Assembly (NCBI GenBank): GCA_050084515.1
Contig: CM114271.1
Coordinates: 19,840,001 to 19,904,000, forward strand
Source of the DNA: Blasia pusilla
Taxonomy: Eukaryota
Direction: 5' to 3'
Length of the DNA stretch: 64,000 bases
The notes under the pieces are model-generated. The model was given only the letters and a program-made list of their open reading frames with translations. It was not told where the DNA came from and searched no databases. This document shows positions 25,501 to 37,439 of the stretch, one piece after another. The position numbers and the translations under genes are program-made. How positions within the stretch are numbered: the first letter of the stretch is position 1; each line of letters opens with the position of its first letter.

Positions 25501-26576
25501 ATGAGACAACGTTGTGGGAATATTGTCTTGAAAGCTTGCACATAACTATTTTTTCTTAATGGCTTTGTTAGTTTTTCTTCATCACCTGCTCTACTTTTTG
25601 ATATTCTTTGCCATGAAACTTTCACCAATATAGATGAAAAATCAAATTTTGTTCGTCCACGTACTCCAAATTATTGGTTGTGGGAAGACCATAATTTCCT
25701 TGTAAAATTTTCAGATGTTCAATTTAATTGAGTTTACTCTAAACATGTTCACCTGAAAATATGAGTGTCCTCTATTATTTTTCAAAATTGCCATAAAAAT
25801 GAAGAAGAAACAACTTGAAAAGTTTTCTAACGAAGAAAATCCACCGCATGAGAAATGTAGTTGAAGGATCTAATTCTATGCTTTAGGTTTCCCGAAGAAA
25901 TTCATGATTATCCCTACTTGGAACCTAAGGGAATGCGTTTTGCCTAACTAGCCAGCGAGAAGAGACTCCACATTACATTCAACCAACTTTCGTAAAAAAA
26001 TCATGGGGCTATCGGTGTGTTATGCAACAACTATCCTAAGAACTTATGCTTCTATGATGTACAATATGTGTGTACTTGTGGGTGTGAATTGTAAGCTCTC
26101 CAAACCTTAGTATTCAGGAAGACAAAAATATGGCCTATCTTGATTTTCTGCCTCCTGCCCTCTTGACATTTGTCATTCTTAGCAAGAAAGAATTTGACAT
26201 GCGTTTGCCTAAGATTTAAGTTTAGAGTTGTTTTAGCTTTGTGTCCTTTTAGTTCTTCACACTTATTGTTTGGAGCAACTCTTAGTGAGGTAGTGGAGTC
26301 TTAATGATGACATTTCAAAATTTTGAACGCTCCTAGATTTTCTTCAGTCCTTCAAAGAGTTACGATCTTGCTCACAACGACTGTTTGATCAAGAGGCGGC
26401 TTGTATTCTAGGTTTACAGCCTTTTAGGACTCATTATCCTATGGGCTATGTATTTCATTCTCACATGTCATTGTCAAAGTGATGCAAACAAGATCCAGAG
26501 ATACGGAGGTAACGTTATCTTTACATACAAGTGCAATTTTCATTGTAGAAGTCCAACTAGTTCAACTTCTTTGAGC

Positions 26577-26691
26577 TTTATTAAGCTGAAATGCACAGTG
26601 TGTAGCTGTCTGCTAAGTTAGCAGGGAGCTACACACTGTGCATTGTAGCTTAATAAAAAATACTAGTAGTTAGCAGTGCTAACTACTAGCA
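26577..26691. repeat. Two adjacent near-perfect palindromes (81 bp and about 27-31 bp)
   Basis: 26577-26657 has 40-bp arms with 4 mismatches around a single G at 26617. 26663-26689 is CTAGTAGTTAGCA-G-TGCTAACTACTAG, with perfect 13-bp arms. Confidence 0.9.
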
Positions 26692-27149
26692 TTCAAGTCT
26701 TTACTCATCTAGAAAGACTATGTGCTTACTAATGCACTTTCACATCTCTACTCAGCTAGGAAAAGCAAATGTATTTCATGCTATTTGTATTATTGGTACG
26801 GTAATGCTGAAATGTTTAGGTTTTCCAATAGTACTGCTCCTTCTTGGACAATCAAATACCTTCTCCACAACAACCAGGTGAACAACTCCCAACTCCACAT
26901 TTACATAACTCCCGGTTTGCCTCTTGATCAACTCGACACTTGCTTCTATTTCTACACCCATCTCAAGAAGACACTGTCTATAAACGCATTTTCAGAGCAT
27001 TACAATTGGAAACTAGAATAAAAATGATGAGGGTACGCATAGACTTGTTTGTCTTAAGGACGGACATAAATCCACGAATATGAACATATCTGTCCTAGGG
27101 ACGGACATGGATATCGTTACAGACACATACTTTGTTCATATACAACCTT

Positions 27150-27790
27150 GCTTTTTAATCTCTTTGGGAAAAAAAATATTTCTTTCTTAGTTAGGTGGAT
27201 TTTTCCTTTCAATATAGTTTCTTTAAAAAAAATTTGTTTTCTTGCCTCTTTGAATCTTAATTTTCTTTATCTCATCCTTTTTTACTTTTTACTCTCTTTG
27301 GAATAAAAAATATGTCCTTCTTAGTTAGGTTTTTATCATTTTCTCTACAATTTATTTTTCAAAAAAAAAACTCTCCTATTTCTATCTTAATTTTTTTTAT
27401 CTTATCCTTTTTCACTTTTTACTCTCTTTGGATTTTTTTCCTTTCTTTCTTAGTTAGGTTTTTGCTTTCCTTTCATTTCATTTATACTAAGTCTTTTTTT
27501 AAACTATATTTTCTCTCCTATTTCTCTCTTACTTTTTAAAAAAAATTTATGCTCTCCTTTCGGCCCCAACAGGTTCTCGTCGTTTTTTCTCCTCACCATC
27601 TAGGTGAAGAAAAATAAACACGTGTACTCCCCACGTGTTCAGGTTATTAGAGTCCTAGGGTGTTTAGGGTCCTCTCCTCTCAAGGTCCGCACACTCATTT
27701 ACTTTTTACTCTCTTTCGAAATTTTCTCCTTTCCTTCTTAGTTATGTTTTTTTCCCTTTCATTCCATTTTTACTAACTCCTCTTTGTTGT
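27150..27790. repeat. Degenerate T-rich tandem repeat of about 130 bp (about 4 copies)
   Basis: The unit ttttactctctttgg...ttcttagttaggt recurs near 27155, 27288, 27417 and 27704. Confidence 0.7.
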
Positions 27791-30700
27791 GTATTCTATA
27801 GATATCAACTTGCAATCATACGTTGGTGGACATGGAGAGACAACCACTTACTCTTATACCAGTTGCTTCTTAGAGAACTATAAGAGAAGCCGTCATATTG
27901 AAGTACCTCTCTCCTATGTGAGCAAAATTCTTTTCTACCACCTATTAGTAGTGTTCAATTTTGGCTCATTGGACACAAACTTCTATATTTGGTACTCATA
28001 CGAAACAAAAAAACTTAATATTAGTGAGTTAGTTAAGCACGATTATCTTAACTATGGTTATTTAACCATAAGTAGTATAACTTGGGACTATGGTTAGGGC
28101 TAGGATTAGGGTTGCTTGTACATATCCTATATAATTGAGAAGGGGACTAACCCTACTCAACCATAAGTTGACATGGACAAAGTCCATGTCCGTGGACTTA
28201 TGTCCGTCTCTAAGATGGAGATGTGTATGTGGGCCTAGGTACTCGTGGCTCGTCTCCAAGCTCACCTCACCCATAATGTAAACCTCGGGCTTGGTGGCCT
28301 GCACCCATTTTGTAGCCTATACTGTCCCTCCCTAAGCCTAGATTAGCCCGCATGGCGGGCTCACAACCATGCCCGTAAAGCAGGCTAGGCCCGCGTGGTG
28401 TGGGCCTAGCCGTAGGGCTCAACTTCTCACGCTTACACGGGCCTTGAGCCCGCCGAAAGTTGCATGTGGACAAATTCCGTGTTTGTGGAACTTAGGTCCA
28501 TCCTATGGAAGGACTTGTCCATGTTGGCCCCACTTGCCTTCGTGTTCCATACTCTCTTGTTTCTTCTTCCTTCCACCTCCACTCCCTTCCCAATTATTAC
28601 TCCACTCGCCCTTGCCCTACCTTCCATCATGAACTTTGTATGTTTGATGGAATATGGGTCCCACCTCTTGTTATCCGTGTCTTTAGACATGTCCAAACTT
28701 GTTTGTCCTAAGGACGGACTTGTGCATTTTTTTGCAAGCATGAGCCCGCCGTGCCATGGGCTTATGCGGGCTGGTGTAGGGTATAGGGTGTAGGCAAGAG
28801 TATAAGAGAAGAAGGAAAGCACTTCAAGTTCATCCTAGCTCTAGCTCTATTGTGGTAGTAGAGGCCATTCCAAGTGTTCCAATCATTGAAACACCAAATA
28901 ATGAAAGTCCATCCATAAGATCCTATACTCAAACTCACGTTTTATTCCTTCTTTTTTGTGTATCTTTGCTTTTAATCCTTCCACATTCATATCACACTTT
29001 GTGTTCTTCCTAATCTTTGTAAGGTTTGTATCTTTTTTCAAACCTCTCCATTATCAATATTATGGTTTGCTAGATGGAGTTATGTAGAACCAAATCATGG
29101 AGTTCATAATGGAGATGCAGAATTTTTAGGGTTTAGGGTTCATTCAAGATGATTCAAAATGATTCATTCAAGAAATTCATTCAAAATGATTGTACAATTC
29201 ATACGCATGAAGATGCCACTTATGTATTGCCAAAAATTCAATTACCCAACATCTCACTCCATGAAGTTTTCTGGAATCCTTTTATGATCATGTCAACGTT
29301 TCATATAATACCAAGAGATGAGTTACCTACCACTACTCTTATTTGAGATGAACTATTGGACCCTATACATGTGGTCATGAATAATGCTTTGACTCTTTCC
29401 AATCTTCGGTGTGAAGTAACCTCAAGAGAGGATCCTTTTCCTTCTACAGTTCTTAAAAGCATGTTACCAATACAACGTGCCACTATCCCAAATGCCTCTA
29501 TAATTTACCCTTTGTCTAATATTGGATGAGTCGTAAGGATAAACAGATTGCTCAATATTGCAAAGAGACTAAACTTGCAAGAAAGTAATATCATGAAGTT
29601 GCGGTTACGTAAGAGTTTCAATCCTACAAATGGTTGGTATATATTGGATTATATAACGGAAATATGACCATCATGTCGTGCTCACATTGGGAATGTGAAA
29701 TGGTGAGATGGTCAAAGTCTAATAACTCCCCATATGGTATGTATTGTGACCATGGAAAGATAACTTTGCCCCTCTTAAAGGCATCTCCTCCATTCTTAAA
29801 ATTATTGAATTCTTAAAGGCAGTCTTATGAGTCTTCATTTTCTTACTCATACAAAAGCATACAATTCCGCACTTTACCTAGCATCTACTAGAGTGCATGA
29901 AAATGAGCAAGTTGGTGGCACTAGACACTTCAAGGTTTAAGGTGGAATCTATCATTTTATTGGACCCTTACATCTTGATCGAGCTCGGAAGTCATCGCCA
30001 ATTGTGCTCAATGGTACATTCATGATATTTTAAATGAATTGGAGAAACATGAAAGAGTTATATCTAGGTCTTCTCACCTTAATTACAACATCTTGTTCTC
30101 TTATTTGTCTATGGTGAAGTAGCTTGGCATCTTCGAAAATCTTTCGGGAGACTCCAAGGTGACTCAACAAGACAACCTCTAGGAAGTGGTAGACATAGGG
30201 AGGAGGTTGATATTGAATTTTCACATGATTATAGAGAGGAAAGAGTTGATGGAGATGTTATTGAGGAGAAGAGGACAAAGGTGTTATGCCATTGTAATTC
30301 GTAAGTTTTCAACTTCAAACACGGATTGGAGGAGAAGATGATAATCAACTATTTTGATGTGGTCGACTAACTCAAGAATATATAGTTAATATCTATGAAA
30401 ACATGGCGATGCAAAAATTATCATGGGTAAGGTTAAAATTGAAAGGAGCTAAGGATTGATTTCTATCAATATGTAAAGGATGTCATATATCGATAGGACG
30501 TGAATAGCTGAAGACTTGGGAGACATATTGTAATATCCTCTTCTTTTATCGGATACCCAAGTCATATGCATTAATTGTATAAAGATGCAATAGCAATTTT
30601 GAGGTATTTAGGAAAACCTAACCACTTTCTAAGTTTTAACTATGACGTGCAATCTAAGTACGTGGGAGGAGATTACATTAGCATTGTTACATGACCAATC

Positions 30701-32740
30701 AGTTATGAACCAACCTTATTTGGTTGCACCTGTCTTTGAATTATTATGGCTTATGATCAGCAAGCATATATCAGGTCAAGTGTTAGGATGCATTCACATG
30801 GTGGAAATCCAAAAGAGGGATCTACTACATGTGCACATTTTTATTATTTTAGGCCGTGAGGATAAGACATGCTTTACTTCCGATTACGATCGTGTGATTT
30901 TAAAAAGAAATCCCATATCAATTTATCCATCCAAGGCTTCATTCTACTTTCATTGATTTATGATTCTCAGTCCATGTGGTCTTTTAAATCCAAATGCACC
31001 ATGTATGGATAAGGAAACAAAACAATATACAAAAGGCTATCCTAAACCTTGTGCATCCAACAGTATAGAGATAAAAGATGGTTATCCAATCTTTCGCAGG
31101 TATAAATTCTTCTTTGGAGAACTTACCCAAATTTATTCCATTAGATTTGGTGAATTTTACTCATGAATCGTTATTTCATTTTTGCATATTGGATAATGGA
31201 AGGGTTGTAATAAGGGCGAGCATTCAATGGATAACAGATGGGTGGTGCCCTACAAACCTATGTTGTGCACCACTTTTTATTGTCATATTAATTTGGAAAT
31301 CACCATCAATATTTCTATTGTGAAGTACTTATATTAATATGTATACAAGGGATCTGATGCGATATTCTTTAAGTTGTCAAAAGATATGAATACATCAGCA
31401 CCAATGGAGGTTTTCAATAAGACAACATCATATCTTGATGCAAGGTATTATGCTAATTGTATTATCTCATACATTATGTTTCTTTCCCTATTATCAATTC
31501 ATGTATTTTACCAACATACTTGGAACTCCGAACTTGGAATTCTTATTCTAGATATATATCTTATTCAAAGGCATATTGGTGACTCTTCAAGTTGAGTCTA
31601 GATGAAAAAAATCCAAGTATTGTGCAATTGTCCTTTCACCTTCTAGAGCAACAAACGGTTTACTTAAATGATGATGATGATGTCCCTCTTAATATTTTAC
31701 GAAAAAATAAAGACACAACTTTAACACAATTGTTTGCAACTAATCAATTTGACTCAACTGCTTGAAAATATCTATATATTGATTTTCCAACACATTATTG
31801 ATGGATTATTAAGAAGTGGGTTCAAAGGCTAAGGATAGAAAAATGATTGTGGTCATCTTATTGGCCGCTTATATCTTACTTATCTAGGTAAATATCTTAC
31901 TTATTTGGGTTTTTTTTTACTACCAAATTATTCGATTCGGGTTATGCAATTCGAAGAGGTAATTTATTTCACTTCTTATTCATAGGTGAAGGTGAACGTC
32001 ATTAGTGGAGATTACTCTTCCCTCATGTTTTAGGAGTTTCTATATTCCAATGCTTCAGAATGGCGGATGGAGTGTCACATCCAACATTCAAGGAGGCTGC
32101 TATCTATTTGGGCCTTCTTAAGGATGATAGAGAAGTGTTCTCTTGCCTTCAAGAAGCTACCGCCATCCGTATTGGTTCTTCACTTTGTCATCTCTTTGCT
32201 TTTATTTTAGCTTACAACACACATGCTCAACGTGCTACATTACGGAGTCAATTTTATGTTCCACTCATAGAAGATCGATTATGTGAAGGACATAAGATAG
32301 GCCTTTGTTTGTATCATTTCTTGTAATAATTATTCTATTTGTTCTCAAGATAATAGAACACAACAAAGATCCAATAACTATTAGATATGTTTTAACTACT
32401 ATTATAGAATTATTACGAGATTTTCAGAAGTTATACTTTTGGCTTGACTCTTCTATTGTAGAAAATAAGATTTCCTAATCTTCCCGTTGATGGTTCCATC
32501 ATTGATATTGCGTTTTTGGAAGTTCATCATTATTTGTAAGAGTTAGACATACCCAAGCTAACTTCCAGCACATGGATGCACATTCCTTTTTGGAGGAAGA
32601 AGAGTTATTTTATGATACAAAAGAATTATCTGAGAAGTATACTTGGGAGAAGGGAGTTTGAATGGAGAACAACTTATCCTTTAGGATACTATACATGATG
32701 AATTTGATCCATTTTACTTAAATGTGAGTAGACCGCCAAG

Positions 32741-33750
32741 TGTCATGACCCTCATAACCAAACAAGTGCCAAACGGAATATCAGAACTCTAGCGGGCTCA
32801 CCCTAGGATGGTCTGTGCGTTGGAGTAATAGTGGTCTCTTGGAAGAGACGCAAGAGACATAAGAGACGAGATGCGAACAAGGTTGATCGTTTCATGTGTT
32901 TATGGTCACGAATAGAAAACGTGAATCAAACGTGAACTACAACTTGAGAGGAGTCGAATCTAGGAAGAGTGGTTCCCAAAGTGGTCAGACTGGATTTGGA
33001 ACGCGACTAGCGTTTGGAGTTTCGGCTGTATTTTGGACCATAAATTTTAGTCCTGAGATGAATTTAGGACAAGTAAGATGGCGTTGGAAATCTTATGCAA
33101 ATCCAGTTCCAAGGCATGAAAGATCTTAGCAAACGCATAAGTAGAGGCTAAGAAATTTTTGAAAAATAGTGTACAGGGAATTTGATTGAGGCATGGGTGA
33201 TCTGAGGAAGACGTAAAAGGGCATCAAAGGCCTACAAGAGTGCCCCTTACCTAAAGATAGGGGGAGGGTCGAGAACCCTATAAGTACTAGTAAGGGGGAA
33301 GCTCTCCAAGAGTGTTTGAGACTCTAATCCCACTTTGGGGCACGGCGGGGCGACCCAAGGCCACGAAGTGGATCGGTAGTTTTGGCATTGGAATTCGAAA
33401 CCTGAACCAAGTCTTGAATGGACTTGGTTCTGAGGTCCCTATTGGATTTCAACGTGTGACTCATTTAGTTGGATCTTGATTTGGGACCTATGTGAGTTCC
33501 ATTGGACAGTTGGGATTGTTAGGCGTATGAATGTCGTTTTAGGTATCTAGACTAACCAGAAAGTCTATCCCAAATCTTGGAAGACTTACTCGTGTTGAGA
33601 AAAGAGGAACTAGGAAGATTAAGCTTGATGAGATGTCTAGTTGAGAACTCATTGGGTTTGAAGGTTGATTGAACCACACCCGACTAACGTGATTGTGTTT
33701 GGGTGTAGATCAACTACGAGAGCGTGTCCTACTGAACGTATGCTTCCACA
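32741..33750. mobile_element. Probable solo LTR inserted in the Helitron
   Basis: A block of about 1 kb, more GC-rich than its flanks, starts TGTCA and ends CA. It interrupts the Helitron coding remnants just before the helicase Walker A motif. The TSD is imperfect (caag/caac). Confidence 0.5.
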
Positions 33751-34103
33751 CAACTAAAGATTGATATTCAAGAGGAGTAGGTGCATGAAAAAAATCTCCA
33801 AAAATATTTTCATCAATTTCTTAGGTGGAATAGGAAAGACATTTCTATATAATCTTCTCCTTGCAAGTGTGTGAAGTGCAAGAGGTATAGCCTTGACAGT
33901 GGCATCATCCAGAATAGGTGCCTTGTTACTAGACAGAGGACGTACAATACATTCACGCTTCAATACTCCCATCAACATTGATGAGAGCTCTACTTGCAAG
34001 TAAGAATTCCTTAATTTCTGAAACTCAATTCCTTTCATAAATATATGTTCGTAAGATTAAGTATTAGAACTTCTAATTTACTTCTCTGTGTAATTTGTAG
34101 TTA

Positions 34104-36204
34104 CTAGTCAGGTCATGAAGCTCATGGCCAAGCTCGTCTTTTCATTTTCATAATCTTGCTCCACTGCACAGCTCGCTATCATGATGTCCGGTTGCAACAA
34201 TGCAACTATTTCTTGTGAATTGCTGCAAGATCGTGTAGCACTGCTTTGCTGCATCTCACTGTTGCTGAACGTTCGGAAAAACGTGTCTCTACACCTGTAC
34301 AACAAACTGGAATTTCAGATTTCGGCCTTCCTAGCTGCCAATGCTCGCTTCTCTTATTGCACTTGGGTAGCTGCAGGTCTTGTATGTCTTGCCTTATGTT
34401 AAGCTCCGTTGCGGTCTATGCAGCTTGCGGACTTGACAATGATCAAGGTGAGTTTTGTGCTCGAGTTGGCTCTTCTACTTTGAATCTTTCAGATGTGGAA
34501 GTGCTTCGGGTGGATTTTCTGTTGACAGTCCGTGTTCTAGTTTTTGGGGTGACCAAGAGTCTGCGATTCCTTTCGGCTCCCTCATTTTTTTGCGGCTAAC
34601 CCTCTCAATTAAAGAAGCCGATTGTGTCTATAATCGAGTGGTACATGGTTTCTTTCGAGCTACTTAGGGATACTCATGGTGTTTAGACCCACATTCAATT
34701 CAGAGGTAGTAGATACTCATTGAACTTTTTTTTATTACATACTTGTAATACAAACGCACAAAACTATCGCGGTCATCGAATGATTTAAAATGCCGGAAAG
34801 CCTGTAGAGCATAAGCTTTCCTGAGGTGTTGATGAAGTGGCAGTTCTCCTCGTATCTTCCTTGTCATCCCGATGCACTTCTCCCTCTAACACATAATCTG
34901 GTGCAACTAAAAGTTTAGTACTATTTTCGTCCACGGCGGTCTGATTTATAGCAAGAGCTTCTCTCGTATATGGCCTTTGACGTTTCTAGCCATTTGGCCT
35001 CGGGCCATGAAACTTGAATCCGTGACTTGCCCTCTCTGGCTGAATGTTAACCTTCTGGCCTACTGGTTCTCTGTACAGTTGAAAACCACTGGGGGCTTTG
35101 GTTGGTTGTCGATAAGGCGACACGCGGCTCAACCTATTTCAACTTGGAGTAACTCTAACTCTTGGCATATAGTATTCTATGGACGCACTTGTGAGAATTT
35201 TTGTAGGAATGTACTCATGGTTATCTTTGTTTGAATTGCCTTCTTCTGTCATGGAAAACGCAATGGGCAAGAGGACTTCCCCAACTTTTGATTGGTGTGG
35301 GTGTGGTGGCAAGAACAGGATCTTGTAGCGGCATTATTGGACTCTCACAGAATCCTCGAAAACATTTCCCATAGTGCTTATTAGGTGAAAATGAGCATGG
35401 GGTATAAGACTTCCGAGTTGTCTATGGAGTTATACCATTAGACTCTGAGGATAAGACGATAATGGGTTGTGACTGTTGTGTCTTCGTACTAGAGTAGTAG
35501 TCTTACTTACAACTATAGAGCTTAAAAATCTTGCAACACTCAATGTTCTGCTTTGGATTTCACCTACATATATGAAATGAAACATGAACATTAGACATGT
35601 TTGAATTCAAAATTGTAGCTTGTCACTTATGAATGAGCAAAGCCTGTTTCATCCAATTTGCACCAATAAAGAAAAGTGACTTACAATAACTCTTGTATAT
35701 GAATGCTCATTGTAAAGCCTAATCCTGAATGTTGAATGCTCAATTGAGAATGCTGAATCCCAAATCTGACTTTTGAATAGTGCAATGTTGAAGGTGCAAG
35801 ACTCGTGTAGGTGACAATAGGTAGGTGTCCAAGTTCGAGTTCAGTGCTTTATATGCTCACGGGAACTTCCAAGTGCAGCCCAAGACCATTAAACTCCCAC
35901 TCCTCCACTCCAATTCCCTCTTACTGGGTTGTAACGAAAATTGGAGTGGAGTGATGGTGGTTGTTAACATACATCCTACTTCTTCCTAGAATAATAACCC
36001 CAATAAGTAGCCCACTCCATTGGAAAATAACTTTGTGATAAGATATAATCCAAGATCTTCCCCAGCCACCAAGCCAATTAATACACTATCCCCTCCTTGG
36101 ATTGGGGCCTTAAAAATGACAAAATAATACATTTTGCTATTTTGTCCTATTATGTTTGTTATTTTGTCTTATTAGAGATGTGGGGTCGCCCATTATAGTA
36201 TAGA
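34104..36204 (-). mobile_element. Non-autonomous Helitron (2.1 kb) nested in the helicase of the larger Helitron
   Basis: On the minus strand the 5' end is A|TCTATACTATAAT at 36204. The 3' hairpin (+ strand GGTCATGA-AGC-TCATGGCC, 34111-34129) is followed by CTAG|T at 34104. The insertion is at an AT dinucleotide with no TSD, and helicase remnants flank both sides. Confidence 0.8.
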
Positions 36205-37439
36205 TATGCGAATTCTAAGTTTGGAAGGTCATATGCACGCTCAATAACAATCTTTTGTTGGTTGACTATTGGAGGGGAAAGACGGTCGTCTACCTTTGCA
36301 CCTAACTTGGGAGAAGACTTTATATGGTTACCATCGGAAACGGTTTTTGATAGTAAGAATATATGCGATCTTATAGATCTTATCTATGGAAATTCTTCTT
36401 GCCGATTTCATGTTATCAACTTCTTGAGAGACGCAACTATTTTGACACAAAGAAATAGAGATGTGGATGATTTGAATGCAAATGTCATGTCTCGACTTCG
36501 TAGAGAGGTAATATTCATTTCATATTTTGTATTTATCTGAGGAATGCATATGTATAATAACGCCTCCGCACTACTCTTATCCCTTTATTATGTACAAGAG
36601 CATATTTATCGCAACGTTGATTCTATTCCAAATGAGGGCATGACCAATATATATCCAACTGAGCTCTTCAATGCATGTTTTTCTTATGGACCACCTTCAC
36701 ATTATTTGTGTTTGAAGATTGGTGCACCAATCATGCTCTTGCGGAACATGAAGAGGTCAAACAGACAAGCAAATGGGACTAGATAGGTGATTCAAGGATT
36801 CATATGACCTTTGATAAATGCAAAAATTATGATTAAAAAAAGTATTGGAGATCAAATTTTTATTCCATGTATTCTATTGATCGCATGTGATTCCAAATCG
36901 ACTTTTAATTTACATAGATTTCGGTTCCCTATTCGACTTTTTATTCCATGTATTCTTTTGATCGCATCTGATTCCGAATTGAACTTTAACTTACATACAT
37001 TTAGGTTCCCCATTTGTCCCAACCTTAACTATGACAATTGATTTCTTAAATCAAATTTCATAAACAAATTAAAAATTATTTACCTGGTCATATATTTTCA
37101 CATGATCAATTATATATAATATTATTTAAAATTAAACCTAAAATTTTCATTTTCACATGATAATTATATATAAAATTATCTAAAATAAGATAGAAAAATT
37201 CTATCCATATTACAAGTGGATTCAACATGTTGAAATAAGGACGGTAACTTAAGTTAGGGGCGAAATAAATTTTATGTATTTTGGAAAAACATATTCATCC
37301 ATGAAATTCATCCCCCGTGCAATGCACCGGTGCACCTTACTAGTCTTCAATAAGACCCTCCGCGGCTCAAATTGATTGTAAATGCTATCTTTGATTTTGC
37401 AGCTAATTTATACGTACTAATCAAAACTTGTGGGGTGTG

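Larger units (their letters stand above)
29100..37343 (+). mobile_element. Canonical Helitron with decayed Rep-helicase; the 5' boundary is not defined and probably lies further upstream, at about 27-29 kb
   Basis: Rep motifs are KDAIAILRYLGKP, VEIQKRDLLHVHI (HUH), CGLLNPNAPCM, DNRWVVPYKP and VKYLY*YVYKG (Y2). PIF1 helicase motifs are GGIGKTFLY (about 33825), GRTIHSRF, ILTQRN, LKIGAPIMLLRN, NGTR and FPIRL, with many stops and frameshifts. The 3' end has the hairpin CCGTGCAATGCACCGG followed by CTAG|T at 37340-37344. Confidence 0.88.

Noticed and set aside
29125..29139. TTTAGGG x2 telomere-like repeat
   Set aside because: Two units inside a TE are too short to call an interstitial telomere.
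36858..37013. 81-bp tandem duplication in the Helitron helicase tail
   Set aside because: It is real but an ordinary decay event in a dead element.
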